Positions 28,701 through 44,470 of a stretch of 64,000 nt of DNA are shown piece after piece. The notes beneath the pieces are model-generated. The model did not search any database. It saw only the letters and a program-made list of their open reading frames with translations, and was not told the DNA's origin. Each line of letters begins with the position of its first letter. Within the stretch, counting starts at the first letter, position 1. A program made the position numbers and the translations under genes. Origin of the DNA: the human T2T-CHM13v2.0 reference genome, Homo sapiens; the NCBI RefSeq assembly GCF_009914755.1, contig NC_060938.1; one strand, given 5' to 3'.

Positions 28701-29258
28701 GTGGTCTATGTATCTTATGAATTCTTTAAAAAAAACCAATACCTGGATTCGTTGATCTTCTGTACGATTTTTCACAGCTCAGTCTCCTTCAGTTCAGCTC
28801 TGATTTTGGTTGTTTCTTGTCTTCTGCTAGCCTTACAGTTGGTTTGCTTTTGTTTCTTGAGTTCCTACTTGTGATCTTAGGCTGTTAACTTGAGATCTTT
28901 CTAACTTTTTGATATGGGTGTTTAGTGCTACACACTTCTCTCATAATACTGATTTAGCTGCGTCCCAGAGATTCTGGTATGTGGTATCTTTTTTCTCATT
29001 AGTTTCAAAGAACATCTTGATTTCTGCCTGAATTTCATTATTTGCTCAAAAGTCACTCAGAAGCTGATTGTTTAGTTTCCATGTAATTGTATGATTTTGA
29101 GCAATTTTCTTAGTAATGATTTCTATTTTTATTGCACTGTTGTCCAAGGGTGTGATTGGTATTTTTTTTTTTAAATTGGAGGATTGTTTTATGTCAGTTG
29201 TGTGGTCAACCTTAGAGTATGTATCATGTGCAGAGAGAAGAATGTCTACTCTGTTGTT
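25720..29258 (-). mobile_element. L1PA15/16-like, 5'-truncated, about 3.5 kb
   Basis: 3' UTR (gtacagattattttgtcacccaggtaataag); ORF2p remnants 26786-27019, 27078-27503, 27687-27884, 29046-29276. Confidence 0.92.
26519..26612 (-). mobile_element. 94-bp young L1PA 3' terminus with perfect 18-bp TSD
   Basis: TSD gccacatgtatgtctttt at 26501-26518 and 26613-26630; insert is (TTTTA)n plus tatactttaagttttagggtacatgtgcac... Confidence 0.93.
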
Positions 29259-29908
29259 ATCCCTCCAGAGATTCATACTTTAGGGATTTAGTTAGAATTA
29301 TTACCTCGAGGCTGTCTTACTGGCACAATAACCTGCTAGAGTATGTCTTTTAGCTTCTTTCCTTTTCTTTTTTCTTTTTTGGCATGGGCCTCAACTTTTA
29401 TAATAGCTGTTTGTCTAGGAGGTGATAATGCAACTAAAAGTTCTACAACTTGTCCTTTCTTTACAAGTGGATGTACAACCCCAATTATTTTCAAAGCCTC
29501 CCCACATGTTGGTTTAGAAGCATACCTGTTGTCTGTATGTATGTTGACTCTCTGGTCTTTGGTTTATTGAGAAGCTCTTTATCATGTGCAACAAGTTAAC
29601 AAGTTTTGCCATCTGAGATGAGTTTATTCCAGGTAGAGATCTATATTTTAAAGGACAACTTAAACAAGTGATAGAGTGTTCTTGATAGTTTCTCATTTAA
29701 TTTTTGAGGCACGATCCAACAACAGGTAATATTAGGTTAGGATTCAAACTACATGAGTCGCTAATAAATCTAATTAAGTTACAGAAAGTTCCTTAGCTGA
29801 AGCAAGATGATTAAGAGGTTCCCTGCCTTTTGTTAGGGTCAGGAGAGTGGCAGGATTCAGCTGTGAACAGTATGTGAAATAGAGTAGCAGCATCTCAGCA
29901 GAGGTTGA

Positions 29909-30314
<406 letters not shown>

Positions 30315-30529
30315 GCTGCAGTAATTTTTACAGTATAAGTTATTTCTCTAAGACCACAGGGTTAAGACTTTGCAACTGGGTCTAGGACGTTTTAGAAAGA
30401 GATGGGTTTTTGAGGGTTCTTATAAGTGAAACCTAGAAGAGATTGTCCATATGGCTTATATACAAATGGACAAAAGAGTGTTTTATAGTTAGGGATGCCT
30501 ATGGAAGAGGGGTCTATTGAAAGACTTCT

Positions 30530-30835
30530 GGCCAGGTGCAGTGCCTCATCCCTGTAATCCCAGCACTTTGGGAGGCCGAGGCGAGCGGATCATTTGAGGT
30601 CGGGAGTTTGAGACCAGCCTGACCAACATGGAGAAACCCAGTCTCTACTAAAAATACAAAAAAATTTAGCCAGGCGTGGTGGCACATACCTGTAATCCCA
30701 GCTACTTGGGAGGCTGAGGCAGGAGAATTGCTTGAACCCAGGAGGTGGAGGTTGCGGTGAGCCGAGATGTGCCATTGCCCTCCAGTCTGGGCAACAAGAG
30801 CAAAACTCCATCTCAAAGAAAAAAGAAAAAAGAAA
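30530..30835 (+). mobile_element. AluSp
   Basis: gaggtcgggag, cctgaccaacatggagaaacc, ggttgcggtgag; TSD gaaagacttct/aaaagccttct. Confidence 0.95.
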
Positions 30836-32833
30836 AGCCTTCTATAGGTTACGAAAGGCCTTCTCATGCTTGAGTTCCTACTGAGGACTTAATCCATAAA
30901 CAGGTAGCAATCTCAGAAAAAAATAATTGACCCTGCTGTCTGCAAAACCCAATTAAGCATGGAAATCTTCTTAATTGTTATTTTGTGAGGGGTCTAGGAA
31001 AAGTTGGTATTGTGTTTTGTCTATTAGGAGATAGTGATAATCCATTCTAAGTCTTTCCCTAAATAGTGCATTGAGTTTTTATGATATTAACTTACCTTTT
31101 TAAACACTGTTGTTGTTTTGCTAAGGCTAAGTGCAAGTAGATGGAATTGTTTTTACCGATTTCTTTTTTTGTGTTGTTCTCTAAACAAAGTGGGAGATTC
31201 ACTACTTATTATATCACAAACTGAATCACAGGGAAATTTAGGTCTTTGAAGCTTCTACTGAGGACCTGGGACAAATAGGACAAGCTTCAGTGAACCCTGG
31301 GGACATGATCAATTCATATATATTGTTGCTCTCTGCAGATAAAGAAGGTATTGACCGTCTTGGTACAGGGGTACACAGAGCAAAGATCAATTAATATGGT
31401 GAAGCAAGTGGTTTCAGGTAGAATTGATGATAGGTATGTAATCAATTTAAGTACTACAGTAAATGAAGGGATAATAAGTTTGTTGATGGCCATGAGATTT
31501 CAAACAAACTAATATCCTTGTCCTTTTGGTTTCTTTAATGTCAGGGAGGGAAAGTTACAAGGGCTATTGTAGAGTATGAGAAGGCCTTTGGATATATGAC
31601 CTTCAACTACAGGTGTGAGTCCATTGCTTCTGGCTTCAAGGAATATTGGGGAAATGTAGGTAACAACTTTGCAGGGTCTACCTGAATTTTAACGGGTTTT
31701 ATTCTAGTTTACCTATGTCAGTGGAATTTTTAGCCCATAGAGTGAGGTGCGGTGCCAGTACTTCTATTTTTGACATGCATTAAATATAATAGAGAGGGCA
31801 AAGATATGCCCAGAACAGATACAACTTGATTATGAATAGAGGAGTCCTCTGGAACATCCATAAAGAGTCCTGCTGGTGTAGGTTTAATATTACAATTCCA
31901 TTTGCAAAATCAGTCTTTCTCTGTTAAACTTGCAGGTGTGGTATCACAACGCAGGGAGGAATGTCTTTTAATCAAGGGCTCAAGGGTTAGAATTAAGGGC
32001 TGGGAGACAGGGAAAATCTGTGTTATCAGGAATACCTACCCCTTATTTGGCATGTTTATGCCTAAGATTGTGCAAAGGTGTCAGCATTTAACTGTAGAAA
32101 GAATAGCACTTCTATCTACCAGGAATTAATGAGGTTAATCACTGTATTTATAGTTAACTCATTTTGAGTGTTTAATTTTAAGACAAGATACTGGGTTATG
32201 TTTTTCCTTCCTTGGAGCGCTCTAGTTGAAGTAAACTGAGGGATTTTGTTTTGATTTGGTTTTTCTTTTGTCAGATGGAACGATATCTCTTCCAGTATCC
32301 CTTCGGTTTATAATATCTATAAATATCCTTGTTAATAAGTGTTTGGCTAGGAATTGGGCCAGTTAACTCTTAGATCTGCAGTGCCATAATGTTATTTTGG
32401 GTCCTGTTTTTATTTTTGTTTTACAGCTCTTCCAAAATGTTCTGTCAGGAGTTGTATGTGAATCACCATGATGAACATACTATAAATGAGCAAATATAAA
32501 GTGAAAAAGACACCATCTCTGTTTCCGGGGACCTTAAATATCTAATAGATGCATTGTAAACCTTAATTTGGGTTAAAATTTCCCCATAAAACTTTTTTTA
32601 ATTCAAGGAAATGCATAATGGATACATAGATTGGGACCTTGATGAAGTTAGACTAAGCTTTAAAGGTAGGTTGATAGATCCAGTGATCAGAAAACGAGTC
32701 ACATATTTAATATAAATGAGCATGTCCTTCATATGAAACACCTTATTAGGACCATAATATGTGCACTGTCAGGTGCATCCACTTATGTATTTTTTTTTAC
32801 AAAGTATTTCATGCTTTAGATCTTCCTTTATTT

Positions 32834-33048
32834 CAGTGGTTTGTATCCATGGGTAATTTTGCTCCCTGAGGGATGTTTGACAATGTCTGGAGACATTTTT
32901 GGTATCACAACCAGGGGCAGAGGGATTGCTACTGATATCTGGAAGGTAGAGGCCAGGGATTCTGCAATGTACAGGACTCCTTCCCCTACTCCCTAATAAA
33001 GAATTATCTAGTCCAAAATATCAATAGGGCTAAGGTTGAAAAGCCCTT
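32834..33048 (+). mobile_element. MER20 (hAT-Charlie)
   Basis: caatgtctggagacatttttgg...gtagaggccagggat...aagaattatctagtccaaaatatcaatag. Confidence 0.88.
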
Positions 33049-34239
33049 TGTTTAGCAAAGGTGATGGAATTCTGAAAGCAAATCCCTCAATTACCTATTT
33101 GTCAATGCCAAAAGGATAGCTTGTTAGTTGCTTAATTTCATACAACTGAGAATGGGGGCTGGACTGAGTGGGTCAAAGGGACCAGGAGTGGAATGAGGTG
33201 GGAAGATGGAAATGACTTCAACACTAATTTATTAACAGATATTTAATTCTTTGAAGTGGAGAACAGCTACTCAGTAGGACCCAGGTTACCATGGTAGCAT
33301 GTGGCTTCAATCACTCCTGATTAATTTCTAGCAATTACAATAAATGGGAGCTTCTCTTAAATCTCTTGTAAGACTGAGAGAAACAGCATCAAATGAACCA
33401 TTCTAAGAAGCAGAGTCTGATGCATTCAATTTTAAAATCTGGACTTTGTTTTAATCCCATGCCTGGCTCAGAAATGGCAATACTGTGGCTCTACACTGTG
33501 AGAGACTCCTTTCCATATGCTGCTGATAAAATGATTACCACTGGCATATCCCAACCATCTGCTCCTGGAATTCCAGATTGTAAAGGTGAAATTGACTTAG
33601 AGTTGCATCAAGGATACTGGAGATTGTTTTGTCTTTTTCATTCTATTAGTGTGCTGCTCATGTTTATTTTAAGCAGCTGAAACAGTAGCAAATAATCGTG
33701 CTAAATTTTCAATGCCTATTTATTATGTATATTTATAACAGATTGTCAAATCCTGATAGGTGTTTACATCTTTGGTAGTGAGAGGTTGTTTCCATTTTAA
33801 AATGTTTTATTTATTGTTCAGATTTTGCAACAACTCAGGAAATAAAACATGTACAATACAACTATCTCTTTAATCAAATATATTCATTTTTAATATTCCA
33901 TTCCAGTGTTGTTTATATAAATATATGAGGTAATACAATTTTGTATTATTCTTTTGCACCTACTCATAAGAAATTGGACTTTTTCCTTAGTTATAATCAT
34001 TATTTTACACCTAAGGTGTTTCTTGAGTAGAATTTCTAAATCCTTCAGGGAAAATGCAAACAGTATTTGCTTCCAGTGTGGAGGACTAGATTGCCTCTCC
34101 TGAGTGAGGGTGAGATCCAAGCTGGCACTCCATCCTGCAGCATCGTGTACTGTACACATCCCAACACCTCTTATGAGGACCTGGGAGAGGAGCTTGGCAA
34201 ATTGACTGTTTTTGTTAAACATACTTTCAAAAACTTCTA

Positions 34240-34445
34240 TAATTTCTTAAACATGTACTAAGTGTCTGTTCTGTAACAGGCTCTGTGCTGTCATGAATAC
34301 ACAGGTGAACAAAAGACATGTACGTGGGCCCTGCCATCTTGTTTACATTCTGCTGTGATAAAAGTGTGGGGCTCCGAGGGTGGATAAGCAGGGTGCTCTG
34401 GAAGAATGCAACAAGAACATCTGACTTAATCTCAGGGAAGTGTGT
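34240..34445 (-). mobile_element. L2 3' fragment
   Basis: aaacatgtactaagtgtctg...aggctctgtgctg...gtgaacaaaagacat...ccctgcc. Confidence 0.6.
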
Positions 34446-34598
34446 AACAGTCATGACCCTCACTCCTCAGAGCTAGATAAGGTAGCTGTGGATGTGCACC
34501 CACAGATCCTGCCCTGGCTTTTGTCCCTGTTCTAATTATACCACTGGTAAATAAACAATTTATTTTTTTTTATTTTCCTTTTGCTACATTCTCGCCAC

Positions 34599-34640
34599 CT
34601 GCAAATTTCAGTTTCTACAAATTTCAGTTTCTGCAAATTT
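34599..34640. repeat. 16-bp tandem repeat ct(g/a)caaatttcagttt, about 2.6 copies
   Basis: Read directly from the sequence. Confidence 0.85.
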
Positions 34641-34800
34641 TGCCCCCTCAATTTCTGATCATTCCAACTCCTTGAAAAGGTCAGAGATTGAGTGTTCCCA
34701 CTACAGAAAGGCTTTCTGACAAAGAACCTGGCTTAGATGGCCTATTAAATATATCAGAGATCCAGAGGTAACAAAATATTGTTAATTCAGACTTCATGAG

Positions 34801-35818
34801 TGTCTTAGTTCAGGCTGTTATAACAGAGTGCCGTAAACTAGGTGACTTATAAACAACAGAGATTTATTTCCCAGAGTCCTGGAGGCTGGAAGTGGGAGAT
34901 CAGAGTGCCAGCATGGTCGGGCTCTGGAGACAGTAAGTGAGGGGTGCCTCACTTACTCAGCCCACAGCTCTCAACCCCTTGTGGGTAGGGGTGCATGCAG
35001 GTGAGCATGTTCAGGAGCCGGGGCAAGCGCTTCTGGGCACCAGCAGGAGCAAAACTCAGTGCGGGCCCATGGCAGCATCTGGGAGGGGATTATCTGTGAC
35101 CCCCGAAGCCCCAGCGGGTGTATGTTACTGTGGGCTCTTTCAGCTTTGCCTTCCGTGGATGCCTTAAGTGTTCAACAGCTCACTGGCCCTCTGTCTTTTT
35201 GTGTGAGGCAGTAGCTCTCTGTCAGGGAGGACAGAGGGTCAGTGTGACAGCCTTAGTGCTCCCGTGGTACTCGAGCTCTTTTTCAGTGTCTAGGAAAAAT
35301 CAGATTGCATAAACGAAATGAAGGATAGGAAACACAGGGGATTTTATTGCTGATGGAAGTGGCTATCAGCTGGAAAGGGGATGGTGTGGGAAGGTATTCT
35401 TCCCCTGAAGTCCTGCCATCAATGAAGTCAAGCTGCTTCTTTCTGACGTTCAGCTGCTTCTACTCTTCTCCCTCTCTCTGCTCTCTGCCAGTGGAGCCTG
35501 AGTTTTTATGGGTGCAGGATGGGTGGTGGGGTGGACCAGGGTTGGTTTTGGAAAATGCAACATGTGAGTGGGAAAACGGATATAAAGTTCTCACTTTGGG
35601 CCTCAGTTTCAGGCTTGAGGGTGGGGATTCGCCAGGGACCCTGCCCTTCTGCCTAGAATTTTCCTGCCTCCTGTCCCTATCAGTTCCATCGCTAGTCCCA
35701 TTCTGATCTCATGACTTAATTACCTCCTAAAGCCCCTCCCCCAACTTCTTAATACCATCACATTAAGGGCTAAGATTTCAATATATAAATTTTGGGGATA
35801 CACATTCAGTTCATAACA
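34801..35818 (-). mobile_element. MLT1A-like MaLR solo LTR split by an ERV1 LTR
   Basis: tgtcttagttcaggctgttataacag...ctggaggctggaag (34801-34930) and ctcatgacttaattacctcc...cacattcagttcataaca (35695-35818). Confidence 0.85.
34938..35682 (-). mobile_element. ERV1 solo LTR of the LTR27/LTR28/MER52 group
   Basis: Reverse complement begins tgatagggacaggaggcaggaaaattct; cagcccacagctctcaacccct motif; GC-rich. Confidence 0.8.
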
Positions 35819-35989
35819 ACTAGTCCAGAATATGAGATGATTGCATCTTGGTACACTCTGTTTTTAAACATGGACCTGAAAGGTCTATTAACATAGTCAA
35901 CTTTCTTATGAAAAACCTTACAACTGGAATGTTTATGTATAAATATTCACAATTTTAGGTCTTAGTCATTAAAGCACACCCATAGGGCT

Positions 35990-36284
35990 CTAGAGAAGAT
36001 GCCTCTGGTGCCCTAGTCACTACCTCTCAATCCAGCTCTAATTTCAGCTACAGCACCTCTTTAAATTAACTTCATGCTGACAGCCTCTCATCTCAAGTTC
36101 TTGGTGCATTTTCGTACTCACTGCTGTAGAGCTTTCTCTGAAGCCAGGAGAATCTGACATCTCCTCCCCTGTCTTATTCTCCCAATATCTTGACTGTCCT
36201 TTCTTGGGGTCAATTCGCCCAAAAAGCCACCAGCACGTAATGCCCTGTCCCAGGCTCTGCTTTTAGAAGGTTTCAAAACTAAGA
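35990..36284 (+). mobile_element. LTR16-like ERVL LTR fragment
   Basis: gctttctctgaagcca...ccaggctctgcttttagaagg...aaactaaga resembles an LTR16 3' end. Confidence 0.6.
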
Positions 36285-38430
36285 TGGCTCTCAACTTGGA
36301 ATTTCACTGTGTACTTGCTTGTGTGAAAAAAATAACAATTTAAAATGTTTTCTTTGATATATTTAAGGTTCAGAATTTTTCATAGCTTCAGCCTGACCTT
36401 ACCTAAATGTATCTCATTATTTCAGTTATTAATATATTTGACTTTGAGACTTCCTGGAATTCATAGGAAGAAAGCCTGCTTGTTTTGTTCTGTTTTGATT
36501 TTTCTTGTCTTACCTGACTGTAGACTCATCCTCTCTTAGTTGGAGACATGGGCTGATTTTAGAACTTTTATGAACTAAATAATCTTCATTTAAAAAAATA
36601 AATGAAAATAGCAGTGGAGGTGTGGTCATTAAATTTGACAGCTTATTATAAGTGATTCTCAGCTTGGCCAGCTGCCCTTCATAAGGCAAAGGCACTCTCA
36701 GCTGTTGCTGTGGATAGATTTATGGAAACTGATTCAATGTGAATATTGACACATTCTCTAGAAGTGAATATGAACTCTATCTGAAGTTCAAAGCCAATAC
36801 AAATCTGAAATGTCTAAGCCTTCTTTCTTTCATTTATATATGTCTTTAAGAAAAAGGGGATATCGGTAATAAATTTGTTATATGGACGTGGTATATTGTT
36901 TTTGGTCAGGAACATATTTGAACCTGAAAAGAATTAACAGATATATAAATCAGACTGAATTTCTATGCTCTTCATATATCTAGAAGATCCTTTCTTTTTA
37001 CCTGACTCTTACATAGTTTAACAGCCAGTCTTCCAATCCTACCATAAGCTCAGGAAAGGCTAGTTAGTGCCATCTAATGACTGCTGATGTGCTTATGTTA
37101 TTCTCTTAAAGGTATGTGGAGTCTGTTAAATATTGTCTCCTAAAGTCCCATGCAGATGGCTTCATTGTAAGCAAGAGGTGACTACAATTAAATAGAATTT
37201 AGCCAGAGGTTTCCATGCCAAGGTAATCTTTTCTGTGTTTCTCATCTATTATGTACCATGATTCAGAAAGTAAACATAACTGGGTATCAGTTAAGGGTAG
37301 GTTTTATTGGGAAAGTAGAAACTCCTATAAACAAAGAGTGAGCAAGAGAAAAAACTGATAAGCCCACACAACCAACCCCCATCTCCTCATCTCCTCACAG
37401 TGAGGCATGTTGTGGCCAGGGCTCTATAGGATTTTCTCTGTGAGTCTGTTGCATGGGATGAGACCTCAGTCATCCCTCCTTCAAACCCTCAGTCACTATA
37501 TGCACAAGCATGATAGCAACCTTGTTGGGAAGGCAGTAGACTCCTTGATGTAGGAAGTCTGGATATAAGGATCAGGAATTTACAGGAGTAGACCATAGCC
37601 ACACAATCCCCAGTGACCTTGAGGTCCATGGGAAGTCGTAATCACTTTTCTGGAAGTAGAATGACTCCAGAACTGTGGGAAGCTGAGTTTGTGTGCATCC
37701 CCCGGACTGGGAGCAGGGCCAATCCAGACCCAGTTAGCCCTTTGTCTAGGACATCCAGGGATCTTTCATGGAGTGACTCTTGGACAAGTCTGCTTTATCA
37801 GATTTCTCAGAAGAACTAGATCAAAGAAAAGAGTAAAGGTCTGCCTCAAATTCAAAAGTTTTTTCCACCTTATTAAGCAATAAAGGAAGAAAAGGGCACC
37901 CATTTAGCTAATCAGTTCAGCTAAGTCAATCTTGGCAGTCACCAGGGTGGCAATTGTCGTAGTTACATTGTTGCAAATATGTTCTGACACTCACACATTT
38001 TAACCAAGGTCGATGTGTGTGGTTTACTTTACCTGACATTCATATAGATATTTCAGCTTTTTTTTCTGGTTAGTTTTTGCATGGCCTATTTTTCTCCACT
38101 CTTTTCCTTTTAGGCTGTCTGTGCTGTTGTGGGTCTCTTGTAAAGAGCATTAATTGGGTCTTGCTTTTTAATCCAATGTGACAAGATTGTTCTTATGATT
38201 GATGTATTTAGACCATTCACATTTAAAATAATTATTGATATATTTGAATTAAAATATATTGCAATTTTTTTATTTTCTACTTTCTTTTCTTTTTCTGTCT
38301 TGGAATAACAGAATTTTAATGATTTTTATCTGTTTTGTAAACTTAAGATTTTACCTCTTTTTGAAATTACGTTTAGTGATTGCTCTAGGGCTTACAATAT
38401 ACTTTTAAAATTAATCTGAGTCTACCTTTA

Positions 38431-38993
<563 letters not shown>

Positions 38994-39322
38994 TACCACA
39001 TTACTTATATTGTCAGGGATTTTCAACAGTGTTATTACCACTTTATCCCTCCCACCCTTTGTGCTATTGTTTTCGTATATATTGCTTTTATATATGCTAT
39101 AATTATACAATACAGTGTTATAATTTTATTTGAAACAGTTACCTTTTAGAGCAATTGTATGTTTGAAATGATTTTTATTTTATGTTTATTTGTTTCATTT
39201 CCAATTTTCTTTATTTCTTTATGAAGATCCATATTTTATATTGATCCAAGTTTCTAATCTAAGTTGTTCTGCTTGAAGAAATTCTTTTAACATTTTCTGT
39301 AGGATAGGTCTGTTATTAATAA

Positions 39323-39687
<365 letters not shown>

Positions 39688-41559
39688 TGAAATATGTTTT
39701 TGCTGGTCTAGAATTCTGGGTTAGGAGATTTTTTTCCTTTTAGCACTATTAAAGACTGTTCATTATCTTCTTGAATGCATAGTTTCTGACAATAAATGCA
39801 CTGTAATCTTTAATCTTGTTCCTCTGTAGGAAATGTCTTTGTCCTACAGCTGCCATGAAGATTTTCTCTTTGTCTTTGAATATTTTATGAGTTTGAATAT
39901 TTCTTCATTTGTATTTGGCATTATTTAAGCTTTTTGAATTTGTGGTTTAATATATGTCATTAATATTGAAAAATTCTTGACTATTTATTTCTTAAAATAT
40001 GTATCCTGACCTGTTGTGTCTCTCACTGCTCTTTGCAAGATTTCAATTACATGTTAGTTCTTTTTATTTCTGTTTGAGTAATTTCTATTGACCAATCTTC
40101 AACATCACTGATTTTTTTTGGCTGTGTTTATTCTACTCACAGGACTTCAAAAGCATTCTTTATCTCTCTTACTGTGTTTTTTATTTCTAGTAATTCTATT
40201 TGATTCTGTCTTATGGTTACCATCACTCTGCTGAAATTGTCCACATGATATTACCTGTTGTCTACCTTGTCCATTAGAGCCTTCAACATATTAATTATAG
40301 TTTTTTAAAATCCCCTGTTTGATAGTTTCAACATCTGTGTCATATGATAATTGCTTTGTCTCTTACAGGTGTGTTTTTCTTGCCTTCCCATGCTTCACAA
40401 TTTTTGTTAAAAGCTGGATATCTTGTATAGAGCAGTAGATACTGAGGTAAATATTTTTTATGCTTGCAGATCTGTCCACCTTTCCTTCTTTTAAACCTGA
40501 AGTATAGGGGTTTGTGTTCATCTAGATAGGAGTTAGACTGGATTTGAGGTTTCTGTTGCTATGGTTACCACAGACTTAATTTTTTTTCAAGTGATATTTT
40601 GTGTTTAGGTGTTAGGCTGGTTTGTAAGAGATTATTTTTCTAATTTCTACTCATCCTTTGGGTCTTTACTTTGGGCTATTTTCCAGACAGAATTTTTCTC
40701 TTGGTCTTCTCCCATCTGTATCCCACTGTCATTTTTACTTTACACTTTCTTAGCCTGCTGGTAAAGAGTGGATGGGTGGTTCTCTGTTCTGATTAAGCCC
40801 TGTCTTCTGCAATTATAGTGTCCCTGAGTTTCAGAAGTTTTGTCTTCCCAAGTGTTCCTGATCTTCTTCCAGATCTAGCCCTGTACCTGTCCCTTCCCCA
40901 GTGGTTGAGCTTCATTTTTTTCTTTTTCTCAGCTTCAGTGGGCTTCTACCAGTGCCCTAATAAAATATTTTTTCTTTGCTTCTCCCCCGTAGATTTAGAC
41001 TTTTGTTCCATATTGGAGATAGGAGAAGCTGGTCTGCAAGTGTTTCAGCAGTGTTACTGTTCTTCCCCAGCCAACGCTGGGAGGGAATTTTTTGTAAGAA
41101 TCCTCCCATAATTTTCATTTGAATGTGTGCTGGAGTTCGTGGAGGGATAAGTCTGTAAGTGCTAATACCTCTCCGTTGGTAGTTCCCAGCAGCTTTATAC
41201 TCTCACTCCAACCCACAATCCACTTTTAGTAAATCATTTAAGATTCTATTGGAATTATTCTCTCTGCCTTATATGGTGTTTATGTATATCTGCCCCAGGT
41301 GAAATAAGTGCTGAGGTCCTATTTATTCTGTAGCTGACTATCTCTTTGGATCTTTGGTTAGTTGTTTGCTCTGTTACATCAGTTCTGTAGTGTAATCAAA
41401 ATGATTTGTTAAGGAGCAGTTAGTCCAGGTTTTTGTTTGTTGTTAGTATGGGAGTAATGCTCTTTCCAGCTGTCCATATCTCTGCACTGAAACTGAACTC
41501 TGCAATGTCTATTGGAGAGTAGTGCTAAGTTTCCCAAATTCACTGGAACACTCAACGTA

Positions 41560-43308
41560 GGAAAGACGTCTCTTCTCCCTAAGATGATCTATAGATTTAT
41601 GTAATTCCTACCCAGTAAGGAGTTTTCAGACATAATACAAGCTAATTCTAAAAATTAAATGAAAAGACAAAAGACAGTAACTAAAACAGTATTGAAAAAG
41701 AATAAAGTAGGTGGAATCACTCTATCCAATGATAAGCTTTATTATAGCTACATTAATCAAGAAATTATGGTATTGAAAGCTGGATAAACACACAGATGAA
41801 TTGAACAAAACAGAGAACCCCAAACAGACCCACACAATTATGCCCAATGGATTTTTTTTTACAATTGCATAAAAGCAGTTCAATGGAGGAAGAATAAATT
41901 TTTCAGTAGATGATGCTGGGAAAATTGGGTATCTATAGGCAAAACAAAACAAATCCCATCCCAAATGTCGTATCTTATGCAAAAATTAACTGAAAATGGA
42001 TCATGGGCTTACATGTAAAACAAAAACCCAAAAATTTTATAGAAAAAAATGGGAGAAATTCTTCAGTTCTGAAGGCTAGCCAAAGAGTTTTTAATTGTGA
42101 CACCAAAAGCAGAATCCATTAAGGAAAAATCAAGAAACTAGACCTCATCAGAAGTAACTCTTTTCTTCTGTGAAAAAAGCTGTGAAGAAGAAAAAGGGAA
42201 AATAGACTTAAATAAAATACTTTTAATTCATATATTCAGCAGCGACTTTGTATTTAGAATATATAAAGAAATCTCAAAACTGAACAGTTAAAATTAATTA
42301 CAAAATGAGTAGAGACATGAACAAAAATTTCACCAAAGAGGGCATGCAGATTACACATAAACACATGAAAAAGTATTCAACACTATCCTTTAGGGAAATA
42401 CAAATTCAAACCATAATGAGCTACCACTACATACCTGTTAGAATGGTAAAATGAAAAATAGTGATGACACCAAATGCTGGCAATAATTTAGAGAAACCAG
42501 ATCCACTCATACATTACCGATGGGGATGCAAAATGGTACAGTCATTCTGGAAAATAGTTTGATAGATTCTTATAAAACTATCATAAATTTATAATTTGAC
42601 TCAGTAGTTGTACTGTTGGGCTTTTATCTAAGAGAAATGATAACTTGTGTTCATACAAAAACCTGTATTTGAATGTTCATAGCAGTTTTATTCACAATGG
42701 CCCAAACTAGAAACAACTGCAAGGTTCTTTAACTGGAAAATGCTTAACTAAGGGAGTTTAAGCATGGAATATTATGAAGGGGTGACAAGGAATAAATTAT
42801 TGTTATACCCAACAGCCTAAATAAATCTCTCGGAGATTATGATGAAGAAAAACAAAGCTAATCTCAGAAAGTTATATACTCTGATTCCATTTGCATACCC
42901 TTATTGAAATTATAGAATTATGGAAACAGAGAAATTGTTAGTGTTTACCAGGAGTTAGGAAAGAGGGTTAAAGGTTGGTGTGGACATGAAAGGATAACAA
43001 AAGGAAGCCTTGTGGTGATGGAACAATTCTGCATCATTATTGTGGTAGTGTTAACATGAAGTTACATGTGACAGAATTATATACAGCTACACATACATAC
43101 AGGAAAATGAGTGCGTGTAAAACTCTTGATCTAAAGGATTGGTGGATTCTTTCAGTGCCAATTTCCTGGTTTTTGATATTACACTGTAGATAAGAAAATT
43201 GAGTTAAGCATGTCCAACAAATTGCGGGAAGGGTACGAGTGACTTCTCTATACATTTTTTGCAACTTCCTGTGAATCTGCGGCTATTGCAAAATAAAAAG
43301 ATTAAGAA
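41560..43308 (+). mobile_element. L1MD-like 3' part (ORF2 end plus 3' UTR)
   Basis: A-rich L1 ORF2-like sequence; 3' UTR ggtgatggaacaattctg...tttttgcaacttcctgtgaatct...aaaataaaaag. Confidence 0.8.
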
Positions 43309-43462
43309 AGAGTCCCCAAAGAGTACATGGATTATTATTTGCCTATGTACTAACTGTTATATAGAATTTTAATCATGAAACAAATAATGTAAAAGATTAT
43401 TTGCCTTGAAAAGCTAGGACTTGAAGATACGACAGGTTTATTACCATATAAATAGTGATCTA

Positions 43463-43795
<333 letters not shown>

Positions 43796-44249
43796 CTAAG
43801 ATAGTTTGCTAAAAGAAAAATTATATGAATATTCAAAAGTGTAGGAAACTCAAAAGAAATATTTCTAAAGGGCTAATTGGTAGATCTGAGTACTTCAGCC
43901 AAAAGATGTGTTGTATAATGATAGCTTAATCAAAAAGTTATTTTGGGGGTGGGGGTGGGGTGGTTAGAGCCTAAAAAATTATTTTGAAATAAAGTTTTGG
44001 GATTATAAATGTGTTCTATGCTTTATAAACTGGCTAGAACTTTCAGAGAAAATAAGCACTGATTAAAAAACAAAACTAAGGCAAACATTTTAAAATGATA
44101 ATTTATACATATTAGATGAAATATAAAACTACTTATCACTTAATTTCATGCTTCTTATAATCTCAAAATAATACTGTGTCTCCAGATAAACAATTTTTTG
44201 AGGATAAGTCTATAGCTTTTATATACAATTTATGTGGTCTAAAAAACTC

Positions 44250-44470
44250 AACCACACATTTATTAAGAACTTCCTAAATAACAAACTTTTGTTCATTTTT
44301 GAATGTAATTTTTAAACAATCTATAAAGTTGTCATTTGTATCCCTATTGTGCAGAAAAGAGAACTGAGACTCAGAGCTGCCTTGCCCAGTGTCACATAGC
44401 TAATAAGCAATGGATTCAGGATTCAAATCCTAGTCTCATTTCAAAGTAATTTTCTTTTCACTGCAACACT
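44250..44470 (-). mobile_element. MIR SINE
   Basis: gaactgagactcagag...ttgcccagtgtcacatagctaataag...ggattcaaatcctagtct. Confidence 0.8.

Noticed and set aside
37260-37720. Possible very old LTR fragment
   Set aside because: No termini, TSD or family signature I could confirm.
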